Source: a virus
DNA: 64,000 bases
Virus record (IMG/VR): IMGVR_UViG_3300025646_008465
Coordinates: 1 to 64,000 of that record
Direction: 5' to 3' (one strand)
Position numbers and translations under genes: made by a program. Each line of letters opens with the position of its first letter. The stretch's first letter is position 1. This document shows positions 11,042-18,630 of the stretch, one piece after another. The notes under the pieces are model-generated. The model did not search any database, was not told where the DNA came from, and was given only the letters and a program-made list of their open reading frames with translations.

Positions 11042-11049
11042 ATAAATAT
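11042..11049 (-). promoter_or_regulatory. Putative late promoter motif ATATTTAT for the LamG island
   Basis: Lies 20 nt upstream of the ATG at 11022. Confidence 0.55.
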
Positions 11050-11556
11050 TTAAAGAGCCAAGATAGATGGGTAGTTTCTGCAATACCCTTTATCATTGTC
11101 CATTCCAAATCCTACCAACCACTCATCATCAATAGTAAATGCGTGGTAAGAAGGTTGTTTAGGAATTGGTGATGTTGCTCTAGTAACTAAAGATACAATT
11201 GAGATTGAAGCTGGGTGTTTAACTTCTAGATAATCAATTACGGCCTGCATAGTATTACCTGTATCGTAGATGTCGTCTACTAAATAAACATGCTTACCTT
11301 TAATGGGTGTCTCTAAGTCTTTAGTGATTTGTATGTCGCCCTGCTTATTTTTGCTTACATACGATTTAACGCGCATAAAATCGCATTCTACGTCGATACT
11401 CATGTTACGCACCAAGTCCGCGTAAAACATAAAGGCCCCGTTTAATAGACCAACCATTACAACAGGTGTGCGGTCTCCGCGATGCTCATCGCTAATTTGT
11501 TTAGCTACAATTTTTGTGCGAATATCAATATCTTTAGCACTAATTAACTCTGTCAT
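11050..11556 (-). CDS. hpt: Hypoxanthine-guanine phosphoribosyltransferase
   Basis: GLLNGAFMFYADL, VKSY, PRPP-binding VDDIYDTGNTM and WLVGFGMD. Confidence 0.93.
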   Translation of the reverse strand: MTELISAKDIDIRTKIVAKQISDEHRGDRTPVVMVGLLNGAFMFYADLVRNMSIDVECDFMRVKSYVSKNKQGDIQITKDLETPIKGKHVYLVDDIYDTGNTMQAVIDYLEVKHPASISIVSLVTRATSPIPKQPSYHAFTIDDEWLVGFGMDNDKGYCRNYPSILAL

Positions 11557-11935
11557 TGAATTTTTGTTTTACTCTTTCACTAATAGGGATTGGATCATTA
11601 TTCTCATCAATACGAACAAATTTAATCTTTGTCGATAATATAACACTTTGAGAACCAGAATACACGTTATGTGCTCGAGCTTCTAAATAAAGTGTTAAAG
11701 ATGTATTTCCAATTTCAAATACTTCTCCATAAATTTTTAATAACTGGCCTTCCTTAGCTGGTTTTTTGAATAGACATTCATCAATCTTAATCGTGACCAT
11801 TCTAGGGGAATCAGCTACTTCCATCGCTAGAGCAGCTCCAGCAGCATCTAACCAGGCCAAAAGTTTCCCGCCAAATAAATTGGAGTGGAAACCTAGGTCT
11901 GATTTTTTAATAGGGTGTGTACTAATTAGTTGCAA
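11540..11935 (-). CDS. Hotdog-fold acyl-CoA thioesterase (YciA-like)
   Basis: NLFGGKLLAWLD.AG, F.KP..G, GNTSL and FVRID motifs; TTG start. Confidence 0.85.
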   Translation of the reverse strand: MQLISTHPIKKSDLGFHSNLFGGKLLAWLDAAGAALAMEVADSPRMVTIKIDECLFKKPAKEGQLLKIYGEVFEIGNTSLTLYLEARAHNVYSGSQSVILSTKIKFVRIDENNDPIPISERVKQKFNDRVN

Positions 11936-11962
11936 AATACCTTTAGAGTAGAATTTTTTTCA

Positions 11963-12745
11963 TTAAACTTCTCGTTTTGTATCAAAGGCAATGATATGTT
12001 CACGACCAGTAAAATTATAATAATTATCAGTACACCATTGAATTACCATTGGATAAACTCGAATTAATTCCTCTCTATTATCTCCAGGAGGCATAATCCA
12101 AATTTTATTTTTAGGAACACCTAATTCATCAAGGAATGTTTTAATTTCATTCCAAGTTTCAGGATCTTCAATAGGATTGACTACAACCTTCATATGGTAA
12201 TCAGAATGATATTCCATTGATTGTTTAATAGCAGTTGCATTCAAACGCAAGCTATTATGTTTGTCAATCATTTTTTGATCTACAACACTCCCAAGAGGTG
12301 TAGAAACACCAAGTACGGGAACACTGTTGCTAAACTTAGGGCTGAAACTAATAAGCCCAATAGGATAATCTGTTTCCAAGAAGTGAGAACCCTCAGTTTC
12401 AATAGTGATAATAATTTTTCTTTCATTTGCAAAGTGGGTTAGTTCATTTACTAAAGCAGGATGCATAGTTGGAGAACCTCCAGTAAGCATCATTTCCGTA
12501 ATTTCAGGGTGGGCATCGTAAATGTCTACAATGTCCTGAAATGAGTATTTACCTTTTTCAGGGTGAATACTTGTGTACCAAGAATCACACCAACCACCTT
12601 CACCAAAGTAGCAACGGTGAGTACATCCTGTTGTACGTACAGCAACAGTAGGACGTCCTGCCCTACTGCCTTCGGATTGTACGCAAGTATAAAGCTCTAC
12701 AATTGGAAGCTTTTTACTATAGTCTTCAATTCTTTTTAATGCCAT
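11963..12745 (-). CDS. queE: 7-carboxy-7-deazaguanine synthase (radical SAM)
   Basis: ELYTCVQSEG..AGRP, R..GC...C......WCDS, LTGGSP, IETEG and SPK motifs; adjacent to queD. Confidence 0.93.
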   Translation of the reverse strand: MALKRIEDYSKKLPIVELYTCVQSEGSRAGRPTVAVRTTGCTHRCYFGEGGWCDSWYTSIHPEKGKYSFQDIVDIYDAHPEITEMMLTGGSPTMHPALVNELTHFANERKIIITIETEGSHFLETDYPIGLISFSPKFSNSVPVLGVSTPLGSVVDQKMIDKHNSLRLNATAIKQSMEYHSDYHMKVVVNPIEDPETWNEIKTFLDELGVPKNKIWIMPPGDNREELIRVYPMVIQWCTDNYYNFTGREHIIAFDTKREV

Positions 12746-12747
12746 AA

Positions 12748-13212
12748 TTAATTTTTATAAATTGCGCTGTTGCGTCCGTGTTCCATAAATTCAACTTGAA
12801 CTATTTTTACACGACCATCAGTTTCTTCTTCAATAAACGTATTAAGTTTATCATAAACATATTTAGCAAACTGCTCAGCTCCAACAGCTGGGAGTACTCT
12901 TACTTGGGCTAAGCCATGATCCCCCATAGCTTTCCAACCATTTAGGTAAGGATCATCTTCAGCAACTACTAAAGTATGGTCAAACATATAATCCATCCAT
13001 TCTTTAGGATTCATACCATCAATAGTTCCTTTAGCACGTTTCATACCTCCAAAGTCCCAAACCCAATTACGTTCATCGAGTTCACCTTCGAACCATACTT
13101 TAAAACTTACTCCGTAACCATGAAGAAATCTACAATGTGTTCCTTCGGCTCTCCACTGACGGAATACACAACTAAAACCGTCAAATACTTTTGTTGATTG
13201 AAATTTACTCAT
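12748..13212 (-). CDS. queD: 6-carboxy-5,6,7,8-tetrahydropterin synthase
   Basis: HCRFLHGY, WVWDFG, FDH, AE and VEFMEH..NSA motifs. Confidence 0.92.
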   Translation of the reverse strand: MSKFQSTKVFDGFSCVFRQWRAEGTHCRFLHGYGVSFKVWFEGELDERNWVWDFGGMKRAKGTIDGMNPKEWMDYMFDHTLVVAEDDPYLNGWKAMGDHGLAQVRVLPAVGAEQFAKYVYDKLNTFIEEETDGRVKIVQVEFMEHGRNSAIYKN

Positions 13213-13450
13213 TAATAAAACTAATTACGTCGTTATAACTTCTATTTCCACTAAATCTACGAACTTCTTGCCCGTTTTCCACGAGTACTACTGTGGGGAT
13301 ATTTCGAATTCCAAATTGGGTAGTTAAACTAGGTTCATTATCGATGTTAACCTTAGTTACTGAGATTTGTTCTGATACCCTTTTCATTGTAGGGCCTAGT
13401 GCTTTACAAGGCATACACCAATCTGCACTAAAATAGTAAATTTGTTTCAT
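13205..13450 (-). CDS. Thioredoxin
   Basis: FSADWCMPCK active site and cis-Pro IPT motif. Confidence 0.9.
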   Translation of the reverse strand: MKQIYYFSADWCMPCKALGPTMKRVSEQISVTKVNIDNEPSLTTQFGIRNIPTVVLVENGQEVRRFSGNRSYNDVISFINE

Positions 13451-13647
13451 AATTCTGATTCTTTAATTAATTCTGTTCCGTGTTCACGGAGCAACATTTT
13501 TGTGTTTTCCATAAATAATGGTTTAGCTTCAGACCAATCATCTGAATATTCAGGGTAACCACTTTTTAATCCAATAAATGCTCTACCATTTTTATCAACA
13601 ACAACATATGTTTCAGGTTGAATTGGTTTGTGGCGTTTTCTTATCAT
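13447..13647 (-). CDS. Hypothetical protein
   Basis: 66 aa ORF overlapping both neighbours by 4 nt. Confidence 0.6.
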   Translation of the reverse strand: MIRKRHKPIQPETYVVVDKNGRAFIGLKSGYPEYSDDWSEAKPLFMENTKMLLREHGTELIKESEL

Positions 13648-14012
13648 ACTAGTTCTTCTATAATTCCAATAATTTCACTAAATATAAGAATAATTGTTGC
13701 GGCTACCAAATTAAATGGGATAAGTGCGTATCCTAAGATACGCACACCCGATTTAATAAAACTTACATAACGATGCCATTTTTGGTTAGGCATATGTTTA
13801 AACTGAATGTCTTTATGAGGTTCTTGCCACATTGTAGTTTGACCATTTGTGCTTGTAGTATTCCATGTTTTAATACTATCGTCGTGGTTATAATTTTTAC
13901 GTTGTTCCATTAATTTCTGATGTAATTCCCAATTAATAATACTATTGTCGTGGTTATATTTATCATTTTTCCAGTAAGTGCCTCTACGAGCTTCTGTAAT
14001 TCCATCACTCAT
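13644..14012 (-). CDS. Hypothetical membrane protein
   Basis: The likely start is the ATG at 14012, overlapping the end of queC. It has C-terminal hydrophobic helices and a short internal duplication YNHD.SI..W. Confidence 0.6.
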   Translation of the reverse strand: MSDGITEARRGTYWKNDKYNHDNSIINWELHQKLMEQRKNYNHDDSIKTWNTTSTNGQTTMWQEPHKDIQFKHMPNQKWHRYVSFIKSGVRILGYALIPFNLVAATIILIFSEIIGIIEELV

Positions 14013-14859
14013 GGCTAGCAAGTACTTTAGATACGTGTTCAACAACTGTTTCCCAACGTACAGGACCTGTCTCGTCTGCATAAAGTACAGGATCAGGGCG
14101 TCCTAATTTTAGAAAAGCTTCTACACGTTCAACTGATGATGCTGATTTGTAATCACTATACCAAGAATAAGCATTGGTTTCGGGGCGATGGTAAACTTTA
14201 ATTGGTTTGTAAGAGGTGTTTGTACGTGAATAAACCTCATCAAAATCAATTTCTAAATAATCACATAACCATTCTCCATCTTGTAGGATAGTAAATTTAT
14301 CACCATCTAAATAAGGAGTATAAATATGAACTCGTTCTGAACCCCAATTGCCTTCGCGGAATGCTTCAAAATCCAAATCGCGGAATTCTTGACGGCAATC
14401 TGGATAAATTGCGTGATCACCAGCATGAATTCCCATCGCAATTACTGTGTTTTCTCCTGTTTTATCTGCGATTGAAAGTGCTACTGCCTGGATGATTGAA
14501 GCAAATATTTTGTTGCGGTTAGGGACAACAGTTGCTTTCATATTTTCTTCAGCATAGTGTCCTTCAGGTACATCATCTCCACCTTCTACCAAAGCAGAAT
14601 TCAGTAGGTCTGTTAAACCATCTAATTTGATTACTCGATAGCGAACATCATAACCACTAACTTTTAAATAGTTAACTAGTTCTTGAGCGCGCTCTAATTC
14701 AACTCGGTGTTTTTGTCCGTAATCAAAAGACAAAGCCGTTACTGTTTCAAATTCCTTGATACATTTAAGTAACAAAGTACTCGAATCCATACCACCTGAA
14801 AGTGATACTACTGCGTGTTTCGCATTTAATTTACCTAATTGGTTGTCTGTAAATAACAT
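14005..14859 (-). CDS. queC: 7-cyano-7-deazaguanine (preQ0) synthase
   Basis: SGGMDS PP-loop, FDYGQKH, VVPNRN and YPDCR motifs. Confidence 0.95.
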   Translation of the reverse strand: MLFTDNQLGKLNAKHAVVSLSGGMDSSTLLLKCIKEFETVTALSFDYGQKHRVELERAQELVNYLKVSGYDVRYRVIKLDGLTDLLNSALVEGGDDVPEGHYAEENMKATVVPNRNKIFASIIQAVALSIADKTGENTVIAMGIHAGDHAIYPDCRQEFRDLDFEAFREGNWGSERVHIYTPYLDGDKFTILQDGEWLCDYLEIDFDEVYSRTNTSYKPIKVYHRPETNAYSWYSDYKSASSVERVEAFLKLGRPDPVLYADETGPVRWETVVEHVSKVLASHE

Positions 14860-14904
14860 AAATTTAAAATATTAAATGAGCCAGGTATTTTAGAGCGTAT
14901 AGGC

Positions 14905-15405
14905 TTACGCTATATTTAATTTTCTTTCTAGTCGTGCAAATTCTGGGTCAATAACATCATCCCAATACCATTCACCTTCATAATCATCTTCTGACTCGGG
15001 TTCAGTTTCTAAAGTCAAGTATTGACCAGCATCTGTAATTTTAATAACACCAATAGGGTCATATGCTTCATCCCAGTAACGTGCTGTAAATATAATATCA
15101 GGATCAATAGCAACCAACTGTCGGTGCATTTCTTTTAGCATATCTGAGGGAGGATACCAAGCTGATTCTAAACTAAATTCAAATGTATTATCGTCTGATT
15201 GGTAATCTTCATATTTTTTTACCCATTTAGATCCTACTCGATCGATAAAGTTTTCAGCTTCAGCACCAAAAACATCTATAATATGGGGAGTATCTTGGGT
15301 GTTAGGGTATTCTTGGTCATTACAGTTTTCGTAACGACTTACAAAGTAATCAATAGCAGCGGTTGTGCCACTAATCTTAACTTCTGTTCTACAAATATTT
15401 GCCAT
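14905..15405 (-). CDS. DUF1281/YubB-like ferredoxin-fold protein
   Basis: M.N.C.....I.G N-terminus and F.LESAWYPP motif. Confidence 0.6.
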   Translation of the reverse strand: MANICRTEVKISGTTAAIDYFVSRYENCNDQEYPNTQDTPHIIDVFGAEAENFIDRVGSKWVKKYEDYQSDDNTFEFSLESAWYPPSDMLKEMHRQLVAIDPDIIFTARYWDEAYDPIGVIKITDAGQYLTLETEPESEDDYEGEWYWDDVIDPEFARLERKLNIA

Positions 15406-15416
15406 TGTTTTATTTA

Positions 15417-15656
15417 TTAAAAGGGTAAATCATCATCATCCCAATCTGATTGAATATTTCCTGATTGTTTAGCTTGGAAATATTCATCTAAAAAAGGTTT
15501 TGGATACATCATTACTTTTCCTGTGTATCTAGGGTTTGAAATTTCTTTGGTTTCAAATCCAACTTTTGCGTGAGCAGCTGCTTCAGCTACTTGTTTACCT
15601 AGATTTTCACCAGCGGCATGTCCTAGGTAATCGTATAAACTTAACATTTCATTCAT
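15417..15656 (-). CDS. Small protein with an SSB-like acidic C-terminal tail
   Basis: 79 aa, ending WDDDDLPF. Confidence 0.7.
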   Translation of the reverse strand: MNEMLSLYDYLGHAAGENLGKQVAEAAAHAKVGFETKEISNPRYTGKVMMYPKPFLDEYFQAKQSGNIQSDWDDDDLPF

Positions 15657-16441
15657 AACTCGTTAATTTCTCTAAATTTATTTAAATTGTGGGTAAGTAA
15701 TTCATAATCAACTTGATCACCAAGCATATACAAATAATCATTCATATTTGCTTTTGGTTTTTCAGTTAATCCTGAGTTTGTGTATCGAATACCTTCTAAA
15801 GCCGCCATTACTGGGTTTGAAGTATCGATTGATTCAATGAATTTGTATTCTCTATACCAACCAAATTCTTGGGGTACAGCACAACCAAGTAAATGTACTC
15901 GGTCATTATCGTGAATAACTTTAGTTTTATATAAAGCAGCAATCACTGATAAGCGACCTAATGCTTTACCTAAAGCTTTATTTGGGTGAGGAACAACATC
16001 GTTATAGTAAGATGCTCCATATGAAAAAGCAATTTTTTGATAACCTAAATCTCGATAGGTTTGATAGCAAACTGAGGCTTCATGAATAGTTTGTGCTTGA
16101 ACTACTGCTACTTTAGTAGTATTTTTAGGCATAATAACCTTTGACCAAGATCTAGCATTTACAATAGATGATGTTTTATCTTCCCAAACATCAGGAACAA
16201 TAAATTCATCAGGTTCCAATTCATTAACCCAATACATCAAACGATCTGAGTTATAAGCATGGCCTAACTCGTGAAGTGAGTTATCCATAATAATATAACG
16301 ACCTGCTGCTTTAGCCCTACGAAAATATTCTAGATATTCAGGTTCTGAATCGAATAAATGGGGGAGGGCATAATCATAATCGTTGAAATGGATGCTATCA
16401 TCTAGCAAACATAGGGGGGTTTCATGACTTACTTTTACCAT
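15653..16441 (-). CDS. tRNA-guanine transglycosylase-like TIM barrel (DpdA-type 7-deazaguanine insertion enzyme)
   Basis: IMDNS, IVPD, AVVQ, VHLLG and SIDTSNP occur in the order of the TGT catalytic motifs. No C-terminal zinc subdomain. Lies in the que cluster. Confidence 0.7.
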   Translation of the reverse strand: MVKVSHETPLCLLDDSIHFNDYDYALPHLFDSEPEYLEYFRRAKAAGRYIIMDNSLHELGHAYNSDRLMYWVNELEPDEFIVPDVWEDKTSSIVNARSWSKVIMPKNTTKVAVVQAQTIHEASVCYQTYRDLGYQKIAFSYGASYYNDVVPHPNKALGKALGRLSVIAALYKTKVIHDNDRVHLLGCAVPQEFGWYREYKFIESIDTSNPVMAALEGIRYTNSGLTEKPKANMNDYLYMLGDQVDYELLTHNLNKFREINEL

Positions 16442-16571
16442 AACTTTTTACTTTGTAATAAATATAAGAAATTGTTGGGAATACTCCAAACCCACTTGCT
16501 AGAAGTGTGAAAAGATTTGGGTGCCAATGTTCACCACAGAATCCTAAACTATGTTTAATTACTTCAATCAC
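16422..16571 (-). CDS. Micro-protein (49 aa) with a His/Cys motif and a hydrophobic tail
   Basis: GTG start overlaps the thyX stop: MIEVIKHSLGFCGEHWHPNLFTLLASGFGVFPTISYIYYKVKSYGKSKS. Confidence 0.55.
   Translation of the reverse strand: MIEVIKHSLGFCGEHWHPNLFTLLASGFGVFPTISYIYYKVKSYGKSKS
16459..16490 (-). promoter_or_regulatory. Bacteroidota-type promoter upstream of the TGT-like/que operon
   Basis: TTTG-N20-TATATTTA on the minus strand. Confidence 0.65.
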
Positions 16572-17203
16572 AGGTTAAAGGCTTTGATTGTTTTTTCAAA
16601 CGGGTTACCTTCAATATTTTTAACTAGGTCAAGCATCTCTTGAGCCAATCGTTGTACTTCTTTTTGTGCGTGATCACTATTACGCAATTGTTGGAAGTGA
16701 TAAAACGAACGCCAGTTAAACATAACATCCATTGTAATCTGGGAATTAAATGTTTTAAAGAATCGAGCTGATTCCTTAGCGCGTTTACGTCCTAGAATAG
16801 GAGTAAAATATTCAAGTGATTCGTGGTACAATTTATTTCCTTGCTCAGCGTAATCACGAAGTTTATTTACCCAACTATTGCTCCAATCATAAGGAATGTA
16901 CATTTTATCTTCCTTAAGTTCTTTGTAACGCGCACTTTCACCGTTTATACTAACGCCAATTCGGTGTTTGAGCAAATGTATGTGAGTTGCTTGGTCTACC
17001 GTTACAAGGAAGTGTAGACCGGATTTTTCAAATGGGGTGTGGTGCCCCTCACTCGCTAACATTGTAAGTAGTTTATCTACTCGTCCTAGTTTTTCCTCAG
17101 TTAGATCTCGTGAGGTTGAAGTCCAAGCTGATTGAGCATGAACCAAATCGCTACCATAATATCCAAGTAGCTCTACTTTATTATCTTCGTGTGATGGGAA
17201 CAT
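16568..17203 (-). CDS. thyX: Flavin-dependent thymidylate synthase
   Basis: HHTPFE, KHR....INGESARY, N.RS..HF..LR...HAQ.E motifs. Confidence 0.92.
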   Translation of the reverse strand: MFPSHEDNKVELLGYYGSDLVHAQSAWTSTSRDLTEEKLGRVDKLLTMLASEGHHTPFEKSGLHFLVTVDQATHIHLLKHRIGVSINGESARYKELKEDKMYIPYDWSNSWVNKLRDYAEQGNKLYHESLEYFTPILGRKRAKESARFFKTFNSQITMDVMFNWRSFYHFQQLRNSDHAQKEVQRLAQEMLDLVKNIEGNPFEKTIKAFNL

Positions 17204-17206
17204 AAT

Positions 17207-17800
17207 TTAAAATATTTCATTTTTACGAGGGCGTCCTCGTTTACGTTTTGGTTGTTGTAATTCAGGGGGTAAAGTTACTTTTTTAGGACGACCACGCATT
17301 TTTTTTCTGTTTTCAGCGGGGGTTGTATAGAGAAAACTTTCAGCATAATTATAAAAATCAAGAATAGTACCATTAAACCTAAGAAATTTTTCCTCTAATT
17401 CCTCACGAGTGATTTTATACGCTGAGGTAAAAGCATCATATAGAGCTTCCATACGAGAGGTTTCTTCTTTCTCATAATCCTCCATTAAACGTTTGTGGCG
17501 AGCAAAATCTACAGCACAAATTTCCATTTGGTATTTCATATCGTGCTTTTCTAGATCTAATTTATCTTTAGCAGTATACAAGGATAGTTGAGCTTGCCAA
17601 AAATAAGATGAAGGATTAAATTCACCATTCAAAATACGATCTTTGAGCATGGCACGTTTGCCTAGTGGTACAACTTTGTCAGTGTGTGTACGCCACCACA
17701 TAAATTTGTTGTAGTTGAGGGGTTGGAGTTTGTTGACATGTTCCATGACAACCTCTCGACTATGTCTAATTGAACTTTCTTTTGCGAATCTCCAAGCCAT
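17207..17800 (-). CDS. Hypothetical protein with two C-terminal AT-hook motifs
   Basis: KKMRGRPKK and KRKRGRPRK. Confidence 0.65.
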   Translation of the reverse strand: MAWRFAKESSIRHSREVVMEHVNKLQPLNYNKFMWWRTHTDKVVPLGKRAMLKDRILNGEFNPSSYFWQAQLSLYTAKDKLDLEKHDMKYQMEICAVDFARHKRLMEDYEKEETSRMEALYDAFTSAYKITREELEEKFLRFNGTILDFYNYAESFLYTTPAENRKKMRGRPKKVTLPPELQQPKRKRGRPRKNEIF

Positions 17801-17802
17801 AC

Positions 17803-17994
17803 TTACAATGTATCACCTTTTTTAGAGTTCTCCAAATCTTCTTCAGCATATTTTAAAGCTTCTTCAAGAATCTTTTTAACTGAAGGGCTGATTTCGTTTT
17901 CACTGTAATTTAAAATACCTTTAATAACGCCCATTAATCGACCTGATACTGAGGCGTAAGCTAGTGCTGTTTTTTCTAAACTCATATTACTCAA
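17803..17994 (-). CDS. Hypothetical protein
   Basis: 63 aa ORF tightly packed in the operon. Confidence 0.55.
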   Translation of the reverse strand: MSNMSLEKTALAYASVSGRLMGVIKGILNYSENEISPSVKKILEEALKYAEEDLENSKKGDTL

Positions 17995-17998
17995 AAAT

Positions 17999-18265
17999 TT
18001 AAAAACGACCTAAATGTGAATTAAATTCATCCATTTCAATCTGTTGTTCTCGATTTTTACGAATTTTATTTAATTCCTCCATTCGAAGAACTGTTTTATA
18101 ATCAAAAATATAATTTTTTAATGCGTTCATTTTTTCAACCATTTCTTTATTATCTGAAAGGTACATTTGCATGTCTGAGAGATTAGATGCAATTCGCATT
18201 AATACGTCCTGTGTGTCAAAAAGTGAAATTTCACCGTACGTTGTTTGGAATTCTTGTTTTGTCAT
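17999..18265 (-). CDS. Hypothetical protein
   Basis: 88 aa ORF directly downstream of a promoter match. Confidence 0.65.
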   Translation of the reverse strand: MTKQEFQTTYGEISLFDTQDVLMRIASNLSDMQMYLSDNKEMVEKMNALKNYIFDYKTVLRMEELNKIRKNREQQIEMDEFNSHLGRF

Positions 18266-18288
18266 AACTCTTATTTTTTTCTATGATG

Positions 18289-18320
18289 TAAATATACAAA
18301 CGAAATTTCAGGAAGCCAAA
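18289..18320 (-). promoter_or_regulatory. Bacteroidota-type promoter
   Basis: TTTG-N20-TATATTTA on the minus strand. Confidence 0.65.
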
Positions 18321-18414
18321 TTTTTAATATGACGTTTTTAAAGAATTTTATATGACGTTAAAATGACTAGTATTTATACACGTAATATTAGTTTAACCCT
18401 AAAACCAAAAAACA

Positions 18415-18630
18415 ATGAAAAAATTATTATTAATTGGGGTTGCGTTAGTTATGACTGCTTGTTCATCTACTAATTTTGTAACTCATGATGTGCATGAGAG
18501 CCCAAAAACAACACGACAAGCATTGATTTATGAGGACCACGTTGTTATAGTTACTAGAACTAAATTAACGTTGGATGAGTATAATAGGATGGTTGCGTCA
18601 ACAGTACAAAATAGAGAGGAGCGCCGTTAA
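18415..18630 (+). CDS. Small lipoprotein; the only convincing plus-strand gene
   Basis: MKK-hydrophobic-MTAC lipobox. TATTTATA upstream at 18371-18378 and a terminator hairpin downstream. Confidence 0.8.
   Translation: MKKLLLIGVALVMTACSSTNFVTHDVHESPKTTRQALIYEDHVVIVTRTKLTLDEYNRMVASTVQNREERR

Noticed and set aside
13871-13958. 22-bp near-identical direct repeat (taatactatYgtcgtggttata)
   Set aside because: A small in-frame duplication inside a hypothetical gene, with no sign of a regulatory or mobile role.
14860-14907. preQ1 riboswitch upstream of queC
   Set aside because: It lacks the P1 stem followed by an A-rich 3' tail of class I; kept only as a weak hairpin.
16930-16975. ThyX motif reads KHR instead of RHR
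   Set aside because: A conservative change with the catalytic S-x-R-Y retained; not enough to suggest altered function.
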